From: Octopus sinensis
Lineage: Eukaryota
Assembly (NCBI RefSeq): GCF_006345805.1
Contig: NC_042997.1
Span: 22,940,001-23,004,000 of the forward strand
Reading direction: 5' to 3'
Length of the DNA stretch: 64,000 nucleotides
The notes under the pieces are model-generated. The model searched no databases. It saw nothing but the letters and a program-made list of their open reading frames with translations, and had not been told where the DNA came from. Of this stretch, positions 12,715-24,378 are shown one piece after another (the first letter of the stretch is position 1; every line of letters starts with the position of its first letter). Position numbers and translations under genes: made by a program.

Positions 12715-13345
12715 ATCATCATCATCATCATCGTTTAACATCCGCTTTCTATGCTAGCATGGGTTGGACAATTTGACTGAGGTCTGGTGAACCAGATTCC
12801 AATCTGATCTGGCAGAGTTTCTACAGCTGGATACCCTTCCTTAACGCCAACCACTCCGAGAGTGTAGTGGGTGCTTTTACATGCCACCAGCACGAGGGCC
12901 AGTCAGGTGGTACTGGCAACGGCCAAACTCAAATGGTGCTTTTTATGTGCCACCTGCAGAGGAGCCAGTCCAGTGGCACTGGCAACGACCTCACTTGAAT
13001 GTTTTTTCACATGCCAGTAAGGCCACGCAAGTAATGATCACGCTCGAATGGTGCTTTTTATGTGCCACCGGCATGGAAGCCAGTTTGTTGCTCTGGTAAT
13101 GATCACGCTCAGATGGTGCTCTTAGCGCTCCACTAGCACGGATGCCAGTCATTGAATTTGATTTCGATTTCACTTGCCTCAACAGGTCTTCACAAGCAGA
13201 GTTTAGTATCCAATGAAGGAAAGGTACACATAAGTGGGCTGGTTACACCCCTGGCATAGGCCATGAGGTTATGGTCTCACTTGGCTTGTCGAGTATTCTC
13301 AAACACAGCATATTTCCAAAGGTCCCAGTCACTAGTCATTTCCTC
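12715..13345 (-). mobile_element. RTE LINE 3' end
   Basis: (CAT)n cgtttaacatccgctttctatgctagcatgggttgg; five tandem modules; same 5' portion as the 1557-2152 copy. Confidence 0.9.
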
Positions 13346-13509
13346 AGTGAGGCCCAATGTTCCCGGACAGTGGACTGCATGCACAGAACAATAGGTAAAG
13401 GTATAGTGTGTGGAGTTTCCCACTATTTTAACAAGTCTTTTTCCAAGTTTGCATTGGAAGTTAGGTCTTCTGCAGCACCACCTTATTAATATGGTCCTCT
13501 GTTATTTCC

Positions 13510-14085
13510 GTTATCTGATGTAATATCTTGAAATGATTTTTCACTACCTCATCCCAAGTCTTCCTCAGTTCCTTCCACTAAACCATTAACTTAGAGTGCT
13601 TGACACTTGTGCAGCTGTCTTCTTCCATTCACATCACATTCCCTTATCATTGCAGTCTCCTCTCTTACACATTACATCTCATTTCCCTTATACCCAGTAT
13701 ATCTTTCAGAGGATTTTTACTTCACCATTCATGCACACTAACATGGCACTTCCAATGAAGTATGCCTACCTTAATTATTTCTAGTTTTCATAGGTCCTTT
13801 GCATTTAAGACCCATGTCTTGCTGATACTTTGCACACTAGCATCATTCAACCTGTCCTTGCATTCAAGAATAAACATTTGTTTCCTGCAGAGGTAATAGC
13901 TTCCCAAACCTTCTCCATCCTGTTCTTATTCAAGCTACCACACTTTCAGAGCATGTACCTCTACTGTTCTCATGGTCACCTTGGCAGCAAAACACATCTA
14001 CTACTTCTAGGGAACTGTCCACGCATTTGAGAGAATCTATTTCCTCAGCACTCTTGATGCTTACTGCCCCAATGCACCTTCTGCA
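13510..14085 (-). mobile_element. Old RTE LINE ORF C-terminal fragment
   Basis: Reverse complement gives RKTWDEVV and other RTE C-terminal relics. Confidence 0.7.
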
Positions 14086-14104
14086 TATATATATATCATC
14101 ATCA

Positions 14105-14530
14105 TCATCCCACTACACCTTTTGTGTGTGCTTTGTTTATACTGAGCACACACTGTAGAATTTCTACCCTCAACCACCATCTTCAGCTTTCTGCTGCTCC
14201 TACTCACCTCCTTTAGTAGACCACTTTATAAGACACTGCTGAAACTGTCTATAATCAATACACTTTAGATCACCCTATCTGTATTACAACTTGCTTTGTC
14301 CACCTCTGCTATTGCCCATTACTCCCTCCCATTTCCACCCCAATAACTCTATTTCTACTATACTGTCTGACTACTAATCCATCTATGTATACTTATTACA
14401 ATGCATTATTTAGTGACAAATAACTAAAAATCCTTCCTAACCCATGTTTTACATGACTGACCAACTCTGAACTCTCAGAGTAACTTTAAGAAAGAAACGG
14501 GACTAGTCCTGTCACTGTAATTTAATAAAT
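14105..14530 (+). mobile_element. Pyrimidine-rich element ending in a hammerhead-like motif and AATAAA (Penelope-like terminal repeat relic)
   Basis: CTGA...GAAA-CGGGAC-TA-GTCCTG-TC at 14457-14513, AATAAA at 14524-14529. Confidence 0.45.
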
Positions 14531-14986
14531 ATATTTTGTCAACTCAATGTATTGTGTACTTTGATTCTTTTTTATTCCAAACAAGACTATTAACAATAGT
14601 ATGTTTATGTGTATCACATCACCATTGTCATCCACTTTTTCATGCCTGCCTGGATCAGAGAGAATTTGTTGAGGCACGTTTTCAGCAGCTGGATGCCCTT
14701 TCAGTCACCATCCCTCACATGATATCAAAATAAGTGTACACTCACATACACGTATGTGTGTATGTGCTGTGTACATATACACACAAGTTTGTTTCAGTTT
14801 CCATTTAAGAAATTCACTTACAAGGCTTTGCTATACCTGGGGCTATTAGTATAAGGTACTAGTCTTAGATGCCATGTAGTGGGACTGACTCCAAAACTAC
14901 ATGTTTAGAAAGCAAGAGCCAAGAGAAATAAGTTGGAGTGGCCAGGGGTATGTATTTGAACAAACAAAAACAAATATGGGTATATT

Positions 14987-15206
14987 CTTTTTTACTCTAG
15001 GCACAAGGCCTGAAATTTTTTTTTTGGGGGGGGGGGGCAGTCAATTAGATCAACCCTTGTATGCAACTTATACTTAATTTATCGACCCCAAAAGGATGGA
15101 AGGCAAAGTTGACCTCAGCGGAATTTGAACTCAGCACATAAAGACAGACAAAATACTGCTAAGCATGTCACCTGGTGTGCTAACGATTCTGCCAGCTCGC
15201 TGCCTT
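14987..15206 (-). mobile_element. tRNA-headed SINE, type B, with 17-bp TSD
   Basis: TSD ACAAATATGGGTATATT at 14970-14986 and 15207-15223; head GAGCTGGCAGAATCGTTAG...GAGTTCAAATTCC; core GCCTTCCATCCTTTTGGGGTCGATAAATTAAGTA. Confidence 0.92.
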
Positions 15207-15746
15207 ACAAATATGGGTATATTAAATCACATAAAGATAAATTTTTGATTTATTAAAATTATTTCTGCTTCCATAGAAGGTAGGCCAATCACTTGGTGGA
15301 AATTGATACAAATTCCAAGTGGGAAGAAGTGGTGATCTCAAGAATCAATAATTTTCAAAAAATGTCATTGGCATGGATTTGTTTACAGTGAATCTCAATT
15401 TGCCAAGGAATAACCCACATACTATTGCTTTCAAAACCTTCTGCTGACACATGTGGAGTAATTCAATGCCACTGACTTTGTCTTCTTAAGTGGCATTTTT
15501 TGTGCAGTCCATTTGGTTTTGCCCCTTCTCTGCCAATTCAAACAACATTGAAATCAGTCATTGTTATTGCCTTCAGTTACTTATTCTGCTATTGGAGTCT
15601 TCTAAGGAAGTTGTTCATGATCAGACTACTTCCTCTGCAGTTGTGGCACCATGAGTAGTACTACCAGGAGAACTAGACTCCCATCATTATTGCACTCAGT
15701 CATTGAACTATCTAGCCCCTCTACCACGACAAGGAGCAATCTTCAG

Positions 15747-15787
<41 letters not shown>

Positions 15788-15799
15788 AAAAATTGTACA

Positions 15800-16135
15800 G
15801 GCGTTGTTGTGTGGTAAGAAGCTTGCTTCCCAACCACATGGTTCCGGGTTCAGTCCCACTGTGTGGCACCTTGGGCAAGTGTCTTCTACTATAGCCTCGG
15901 GTAAACCAAAGCCTTGTGAGTGGATTTGGTAGACGGAAACTGAAAGAAGTCTGTGTTTGTCCTCCCCACCATCAACAAAGGTTGGTGTGTTTAGGTCCCT
16001 GCAACTTAGTGGTTTGGCAAAAGAGACTGATAGAATAAGTACTAGGTTTACAAAGAATGAGTCCTGGGGGTGATTTGTTTGACTAAAGGCAGTGCTTCAG
16101 CATGACCACAGTCAAATGACTGAAACAAGTAAAAG
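15800..16135 (+). mobile_element. tRNA-headed SINE, type A (well preserved), followed by a second decayed copy to about 16560
   Basis: gtgtggtaagaagcttgcttcccaaccacatggttccgggttcagtcccactgtgtggcaccttgggcaagtgtc... Confidence 0.9.
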
Positions 16136-16741
16136 AATATGTGTAGTTAAGAAGTTCACTACACAACCACATAGTTTCAGGTTCAATCCCATCATGCTGT
16201 ACTTTGGGCGAATTTTCTACTATAGTCTGGGGCTGACGAAAACTTAGTGAATGAATTTGGTAAGTGGAATCCTAAAAAGAAATCCACTGTATATCTATTT
16301 ATCTACACACACACACGCGTATTTATGTATGCGTTTCCTTGTCTTGATATCATACTCTAGTTGTAAACAAGCATTACTGTCATACAAATGGTGTATATTT
16401 CTTTGCAAACTCTGAGTGAAAACGTCACCCAACTAGAGGAAAATATTACCTTTTCTTGAAAACAAGTGAAGGGTGGTAACCTGAAAATCTGTCTTTACAA
16501 ATTCTGTCTCACCCATACAAACATGGGAGAGTGGGCATTAAACAAGGATGATACCAAAAAGAACTATACAATAATGCACTCACACAGAACACAAATTCCA
16601 AGAACTAAGTAGATTGTACTGATTAATTTTTCTTTCTAATAGCATAACTATTAATCCTTTCCTAACCATATACATGGCAGATAATCCTTGACAAAACTCT
16701 GAGTCAGCTATTGCTTTTGGATATATCATATGTGTTTATAT

Positions 16742-16898
16742 ACTACACTCACGGAGTGGTTGGCGTTAGGAAGGGCATCCAGCTGTAGAAACACTGCCAG
16801 ATCAGACTGGGCCTGGTGCAGCCTTCTGGCTTCCCAGATCCCCGGTCGAACCGTCCAACCCATGCTAGCATGGAGAATGGACGTTAAACGATGATGAT
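16742..16898 (+). mobile_element. Young, 5'-truncated RTE 3' tail
   Basis: ctacactcacggagtggttggcgttagg...catgctagcatggagaatggacgttaaacgatgatgat; CpGs retained. Confidence 0.9.
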
Positions 16899-17149
16899 AC
16901 ATTTTTATATATGTTTGTGTGGCTGTGTGCACATGTATATGTATGTATTTGTGAGTGTGCCTGCACTTTTATGTATGTCCTTAACATCAGCATTCAATAG
17001 AAGACAGACCCCTCAGATGATTACTGGAGTTAACTTACCTTGCAATATATCCATAATTCACTGTTCTTATTCTGTTTTCTCTGAAAACAGTTGTAGGTTG
17101 TTTGTGCACCTGATGAATGTTTTACTCTGGTATGAAATCATCATCATTT

Positions 17150-17735
17150 AATGTCTGTTTTCCATGCTGGCATGGGTTGAATTGTTTAACAGGAGCCGAC
17201 CAGCTGAAGGGCTGTTCATGGTCCCTGTCTGTTTTGGCATAGTTTCTATGGCTGGATGCCCTTCCTAATGCCAACCACTTTTTAGAGTGTACTAGGTGCT
17301 TTTACATGGCACCAGCACCCACAAGCCAGCAAGATTAGGAGTGCTCATCTGGAGAGGGTTGCAGGGGACAAGCTTATATGCAAAGACAACCATACTTTTA
17401 CTTAGTTTGACATGTCTTTTCAAGCACAGCAAACTACCAGGAGTCTCGGTCTCCTGTCATTCCTTCTGTGAGTTCCAATGTCTGTAGATACTTTCTCACC
17501 ACTTCATCCCACATCTTCCTGGGTCTACCTCTTCCATATGTTCCCTCTACAATTAGAGATTGGCACCTCTTGATGCAACTGTCTTCATTCATATGCTTTA
17601 CATGGCCATACCAGCACAGTCTTCTCTCTCGCACACTTACATCTGATGCTACATATATACCCAGTTTTTCTCTCAAATCATTTACGCTCTGTCAAGTATG
17701 CACACTGATATTACTCATCCAGTGAAGCATATTGG
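17150..17735 (-). mobile_element. RTE LINE C-terminus plus 3' tail
   Basis: ORF 17434-17676 RERRLCWYGHVKHM...GRGRPRKMWDEVV. Confidence 0.9.
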
Positions 17736-18292
17736 CTTAATTTTTTCGCATATCCTCAATACACAAAATGATTTGTAGTGTATCTTTTCAATCGCATTAT
17801 GTACTAGAATGTTACCTGTCATATGACTGGTAATTTCGTAAGCAAGTAGTTTCCATGATGGATAAATATCAGGAAATTTGACATATATACTATTATAATT
17901 TAACTTTTTGTGTCAAATTTCCAAGTTCTTATACAAATTTATAAAATGAATACTAATTTAAAAAAAAAAATTACCTAAAAATAAAATTAGATAAAACAAA
18001 TTTTTCATTTGTATATTTGCAATAAATATGTTTGTTTCTACATTTTATCGACATGATTACCCTCTACTCAATGGGAAAACCTATCCGCAAAATTTCACTT
18101 AAAAAATCTATTTTCACAAAGACACTTAACCTGCACCTCTAATGCTAACTCTCTTTGTATTTCTTTTACTCTTAATGACTTGTAGGGACGTGGTATTTCA
18201 AAATGCAACCATAATATATTATAAAGTTTATTAAATATCTTCATAAGTCAATGCTATGTTCTACTGTGTTAGCAGTGCACTTTACATCACTA

Positions 18293-18432
18293 GTTAAGGT
18301 TATCTCCATAGATTTTCTATAGAAATTATAACCAGCACTGAATTTTGCTGTGACATTTCGTATTTGAGCTATCATAACAAAAATTAGTGCTGGCTATAAT
18401 TTCTATAGAATAGCTGTAGATATAACCTTAAC
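18293..18432. repeat. 140-nt imperfect palindrome (hairpin MITE-like)
   Basis: Arms GTTAAGGTTAT...TTCTATAGAAATTATAACCAGCACT and AGTGCTGGCTATAATTTCTATAGAA...ATAACCTTAAC; loop about 18 nt. Confidence 0.85.
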
Positions 18433-19710
18433 AACTCTTTTAATCTCTTCTCTTATCTCTATACAATGTAAAAGAAATCATCTAACCAACATGTATATTA
18501 GCAATTTATTAGAAATTATATATAGAGAGAGAGGTAAACCACTGATTTTCCAGCAAATGATGATCAGGTATTGCTTTCAATCTGGACATAATTATGTGTA
18601 TATGTGCATGTACATCACATGATGGTTGTAAACGGGCATCACCATCATACAAGTGATGTTTGTTTCAGTGCACAAATTCCCTCACAAGGCTTTTGTTGGC
18701 TCAGGGCTATAGTAGCAGACACTTGCCCATGGTGCCATACAATGGGACTGAAACCACATGGTTGGGAAGCAAGTTTAACCACACTTGCACTTTAATGTTT
18801 TTGCAATTTTGTTAATGTATAATGCAACTCAAACTCCATACACTAGGCTATCCAGTATTAAGATATTTGTTGTCAAACCTTGTAGAGTATAGGAGTGACA
18901 CAGAACTGTTTACTGAGTCCAAATCTTGTAACAGGTGTCCTCCAGCGTGCTCCTAAAATTGTGTGTGTGTATTGCTCTCACTAGGCTTTTATTCTTGTCA
19001 AGCTCCTTATGTGAAGGTTAGAACACATATAGAAATGGAAATCATTATACCTGTTTAATTACAATACTCCTTCAGACCAGATCAAAAATAAGAAGGTAAA
19101 CTATAAGAATTCCAAAACCTGGGAAAGATTTTGGGTAAAGAAACCTGGCATAAGTATCTTGGAGTACATATCAGAAGAATGAATTTCATCTGTAATCAAC
19201 CAGAATGAAATGCTAAGGACATAGATTTGGAAAACCCATTTTGGTTACCTATGAGCTATGATAAAGAAGACCTGATTGGAATTTTTTAAAAAAATAACCT
19301 TATATTGTAGGCATAGATATTCAATTATTGCAAAGTTTCTAGTCCATACTAAAATAAAATATATTGGTCAGTATTGCTTGTGCACAGACAAAATGTGTTT
19401 GAAGGTTGTTAACTTGCTACAGCCAATAAAAAGGCTTTGGAGCTTTGTATAACTCATAAAAATACTTAATTGAGATAATAGATGCTCAGTCTGTAATTTG
19501 CGAAGATATGACTGTGTTTTATACATTAATTGTTGCTATAATGTCTCAGTTGTTAATTGCCATGATATTAATTTCACCCAATTAGAAAAACCTGTCTTGA
19601 ATCTTTGCTTATAATGACTAATCTCATTTGTTTATATTGTTTCCCAATATAAACAAATGATATATTCCCAATATTTTTAGTTATTAAGCATTTAATTTAT
19701 TCCTTTTCAG

Positions 19711-19713
19711 GAA
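19711..19713 (+). other. Candidate 3-nt in-frame microexon (GAA, Glu) of GLG1
   Basis: tttaatttattccttttcag|GAA|gtaagta: consensus acceptor and perfect donor 3 nt apart, 86 nt upstream of exon 2, in a phase-0 intron. Confidence 0.4.
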
Positions 19714-19799
19714 GTAAGTATTTAAAAATTATGTTTTCATTAAAATTTATTATGAAATTTTCATAATTGCTTGATTTCTAAAAAAATATTATCTTTTAG

Positions 19800-19832
19800 G
19801 TTGGGGAAGAACTTAGCAAGGAATGCCAACAT
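19800..19832 (+). CDS. GLG1: GLG1 exon 2 (33 nt, VGEELSKECQH)
   Basis: ttttag|GTT...CAT|gtaagt, phase 0/0; aligns to vertebrate PENEISSDCNH and bridges exons 1 and 3 in frame. Confidence 0.88.
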
Positions 19833-20199
19833 GTAAGTTTGTTTCCTTATTACTTTTGTTTTTATTATTACTTGCTTGCAATGTTTTTGTAAGAAATATG
19901 TTTATAAAAGCATAGATGTTGAAACCTTAATATTTCTTACCTGTCAAGTGTCATAATAAAAGATTGTATACATCTGCAACATTCACCAAACTATTTCTGA
20001 TCACATTTTATGCTCTCCTCAAATATCTTAGTTTAGACTTGATGTTTTTGTGACTGATGATAATAAAGACAAAGATAGATGACTGGCTTCTAAGAATTTA
20101 AATATTCAATGAAGACACTCTAAGCAAAGTAAAGTTTAGTAGCAGGTTCATTGAAAAATCTAGTGTACACACTCCTAAGTTCATTATCAGTATCATTTT

Positions 20200-20730
20200 G
20201 CATCCATTTTTCCATTCTTGTCTGAGTTTAAATAGGTCTTCAGCACAGCATCACCTTGCAGTCCTATGTCATCTCCTTCAAGAGGTTTAACCTCTTCTGA
20301 TTAGCTTTTACAACTTCTGATGATTTCCTTGGTCTTACTCTTCCACAGGCTCTTTCTACTTGGATTGCTTGGTTCTTCTTTGTTGAACTCACATGTCTAT
20401 ACAACCTCAGTCTTCCCTATTGCTCACTACTTCTGATTTATATAGGTTTTTCTCTCTGCTCATTTGTGCCTTGTTTACTCTGTCACTTATGTACACTAAT
20501 GTTGTATATCTAGCAGAGCATGCTTACTTCATTTCTTTGTAGCCTTTTTACGTCTTATGTGATTAATACCTATGATTTGCTTCTTTGCAACATTGCCCTT
20601 CTTACACAAGCATCATACCATCTCCCTTTGTTTCTAGCAGAGATAGTTGCTCCAAGAATCTTTTTCCATTCCATTCTCTCTGGGTTGTGCTTTCAGAACA
20701 TCCTTCTCCACTGTTAATTAAGACACCGTG
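20200..20730 (-). mobile_element. Old RTE LINE C-terminal fragment and tail
   Basis: catccatttttccattc tail relic; reverse complement resembles the GRPRK.W region. Confidence 0.55.
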
Positions 20731-21045
20731 ATAACAAAAAAAAAAAAAAAAAAAAATCAACTTTTAGAAGTGGGGTCTGCAAGCATTTGAATGCATTTAA
20801 TTCATGGATGCTTTCACTACTAACTACTGTATATTTCCCACATAAGAAGTAAAAATATTTTTTGTAATTTAGGTGGTGTAATTAATGTTGGACGATGTAG
20901 AGAAAATATAATAGCTCAGTTAATAATACTCATATTTTTAATAAATGTTTTAAGTGGATATAATGGTGTTAAAGAATAAAATAAACTATTGTTATTCATT
21001 TTGGATTTGGTTTGCAAGGTTCTTTATGAGTTTGTGTATTGATGC

Positions 21046-21752
21046 ATATTCTGTTGTGTCTGGGGAGAATCATTCTCTTTTAGTGCCTTATAATTTAACA
21101 CACTCACAAGTAAAATTTCCACTCATTTACTTATTTTTCTAAAATTTTTGTTGCATCTTGCAACCTTTTCGATAGTTGTTGACTCTGTCCGTTATTCAAG
21201 CTGCATTCTTTTTGTTTGTGTACATGTGTGCATGCATACACATGTATGTATGTATACATGCATGTATTTGTGTGTGTGTGTGCATATGTTTGTGTGTAAG
21301 TTTGTATGTATTCTGCATAGTCATGTGTTTGTGTTTTTGTGTGTGTGTGTGTGTGTGTACTCCTGTCTCCTTGTGTGTGCATGTTTGAGTGTATGTGTGT
21401 GTGTATGGGTTTTTGTGACTATGTTCTGTGTCCCTGCATGGATGTGTATCTCTATATGCGTGGACATGTGTCTCCATGTGTCCTTGTGTGAAGTGTGTGT
21501 CTATATGGTCATGTGTTTCAGTCTTCATTTGCATATGTGTGTGCTTGTCTGTTCATATTATCTATGTACCCATCCATCAGTATGTCTGTTTACTTTCATA
21601 TCCATTTGCCTACATACATGTGTATATACATATACACACATACACACACATACATCTACATGTATAAGTAATTGAGTGGAAATTTTGCTGGTGAATGTGT
21701 TAAATTATAAGACACTAAAACAGAATGACTCTCCCCAGACACAACAGAATAT
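21046..21752. mobile_element. MITE-like element with 89-bp TIRs and a TG/TA microsatellite-like core
   Basis: 21046-21134 vs 21664-21752 match at 82 of 89 positions as inverted repeats; TA at both outer ends. Confidence 0.88.
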
Positions 21753-23844
21753 TGTTATTCAAATATATTGGATTTATAAGTTTTTATCTGAATATCTCGT
21801 TTAGGAAAAAACTACATCTCTGTTTCAAGCTTTACTTCTAATCTGGAATAGTTGATTTGTATCAAAGAAGATAACTGATGTGAACTTGGCAGTTTTATGT
21901 CCATGTAGATATGAGTGGATGAACTAAGGTGTCCAGCTGTAGTTGATTTTCAGGTTTGGAGATGCCTCAGTGGTGTTATGAACATCAAGTAGATGTTCCC
22001 AGATGCAGTCATCTAATGCTTTTTGCCTATATACAAAGCATTAGCCTTCTAAATGATTTTTATCTATATATGAAACATTACAGAGTTCACAAGTGTAGTA
22101 AACAAGGATGTGGAGACTCGTTTGAACTTATCAGATATGAAGCTAGGATTTGGTACCAGTTGTGTCAGTGCCATCCATGAGGGATAAAGTGGACAGGTAT
22201 CACATCTGGGTTGAGAGCATTTGAAGCCTCCAAGCTCTGCTATGTTGGACTTTTTGACTAAAATGTCTCGTGATTCTGTTTTCTTTTCTCTTCTGAAGGA
22301 AGGGGGCTCGGGAAAGATCAGTATAGTTTTAGGGTTGGAAAGGAAGGAAAAGACAAAATGGAAATTGTGGAGGCTACAATGTTATAAAAGAAGAACTGTA
22401 ATGTAGAAGATAATGGGGAATTGAATTTAATTTGTAAGTTCAGTGATTCTGCTGACAACTCTGTTTCAGTGAAAACCAATGCACTTCTAAATTAGAGTAA
22501 CTACATAGTAAGAAGTGAAACAGTTCTTCAATTTTGAAATAGTTTCAAACTATTACATTACATAACCCATGCAAGCATGGAAAAGTATGGAATAAGAATG
22601 GATGAACAAACTAAGCTACACTTTTAGCATTTTTCCTAATTCATAGACTTTTGAGTTTGAAAGGATGAAATTACACTATTAGTTATACCATAAAATTTAA
22701 GAGTTTTGCTTTTTATATTGCTTTTTTTTTTATTGCCTATTTGGATTCTAACCATGGATACATTGTTAATACATTCTTTCAAGATTTTTAATCAAAATTA
22801 TATTTGACTTTATGAGTACCAGTTTGGGACAGAAAAGAGCCAATGATGGAACATGAACCACATCCATGTTTCTACCCTGGTAGCTGTCTTACCAATGATA
22901 CTACAGATTGCCTGCCATTCCATCTTTCCAAATTAGGTGCTATATATTATCTGTTCCTGCTGTAGTTTAACCCTATGAGATACTTCATTGGTTCCTTAAT
23001 GCTAGCAAATTAGGACATTAACAGAATAACCTATCTTGCTAGAACTAAGTGACTGACAAATTATCATACAAATAAGGGATTAGTGCAAAAACAATTTAAA
23101 TTATCTAATTTGAAGGAAAAAAGGAAATAGTAGGCACTAGTATAAATAGTAACTAAGTTGTTTGACAAGTGATAATACTGTCTCTGATTGGGACTTTTAA
23201 ATAATATCTAATAACATTTACTTTTGTTATCACTTTCAGTAAACTTATAATATATACATACATGTGTGTGTGTAAAGTTGAGGGTCATAAATACATCATT
23301 ATCAGTGTTTGATAGCTTCTTTCGTTGTATCAAATGCATTAGTTATTTTATTCATGTGCATTGTTAGTGTCATCTTGATTTTTCTCCGTATAATTAAAAA
23401 TTTTACGCTTCTAACATCACTAGTGGTTCACATTCTATCAGTATTTTATAGCTGTAATTAATGATCGTTAGTGTTGACAGTATCTGTGTTACTGTAGAGT
23501 GGCCTTAGGTCAATATGTCAGGCTTTGGATGAATCATGTAAAAATTTACAAGACTGGTTCCTTTTTGAACAGTAATAAATAATCGTTGCAATATATTTAA
23601 AATGAAGTATGCTACATTTTCTTCTTTTTTTTTGGTGGGGTGCACTTAGTAAGTTGGAAATACAGATTTGTTTTACATTATCGTCTCAACTATTACCAAT
23701 TTTTTGTGTTCTACATTCACTTTTTACAGTTTATGATAAAGATTTTCAATTTCTGTGGCTAGATTAGTTATTGTTCTATTTCCTTGATAGATTTCTCATT
23801 GTGCTCACCTGTGTAAACCTTTATTTCCTACATACCTATACACA

Positions 23845-24180
23845 GGTGGAGGCATACTGTGGTTAATAAGTTTGCTTTCCAATCACATAGTTTTTGGTTC
23901 GGTCTCATTATGTGGCACCTTGAGCAAGTGTCTTCTACTATTGCCCTGTGTTGACCAAAGCATTGTGATTGAATTTGGTAGAGAGAAACTGAAAAAAAGG
24001 CCATTTTGTGTGTGTATGTGTGTGTGTATTTGTATTGCCTTATCTGGTTATCAGGAAGTGTTACTTTGCTTGGCAACAGGTGAAGGATTAGCAACAGGAA
24101 AAACATCCAACCATAAAAAAGCTTCCTTAATGAATTCTGTTTGACCCATGCACGCACATGAAGGTGTATGACATATGAGT
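23845..24180 (+). mobile_element. tRNA-headed SINE, type A, with RTE-like tail
   Basis: ggcaccttgagcaagtgtcttctacta core; tail ttagcaacaggaaaaacatccaacc...tgacccatgca. Confidence 0.75.
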
Positions 24181-24378
24181 TTATTGAAATATATGTTGCC
24201 CATATTTGAATTCCATATTAATCTAGTTTGATGGGACAAGCAATCTGAATGAGAAGTAATCTCTAAAAGTTACTAAATTGCTCATCAACAATTATACTCT
24301 CTCCAGTATTTGATTTTTTCAAAGTGTATTTGATAAACTGAAAGTATTGTTGGTCTATGGTGATGCATTGTAACATTT

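Noticed and set aside
12865-13135. Repeat-spacer appearance resembling a CRISPR array (also 1720-1900)
   Set aside because: Repeats are short and degenerate, spacers are homologous between dispersed copies, the array is part of an RTE 3' UTR, the context is eukaryotic and there are no cas genes.
21131-21675. Several overlapping ORFs up to 175 aa rich in Cys/Val or His/Thr
   Set aside because: Artefacts of TG/CA dinucleotide repeats lacking stop codons.
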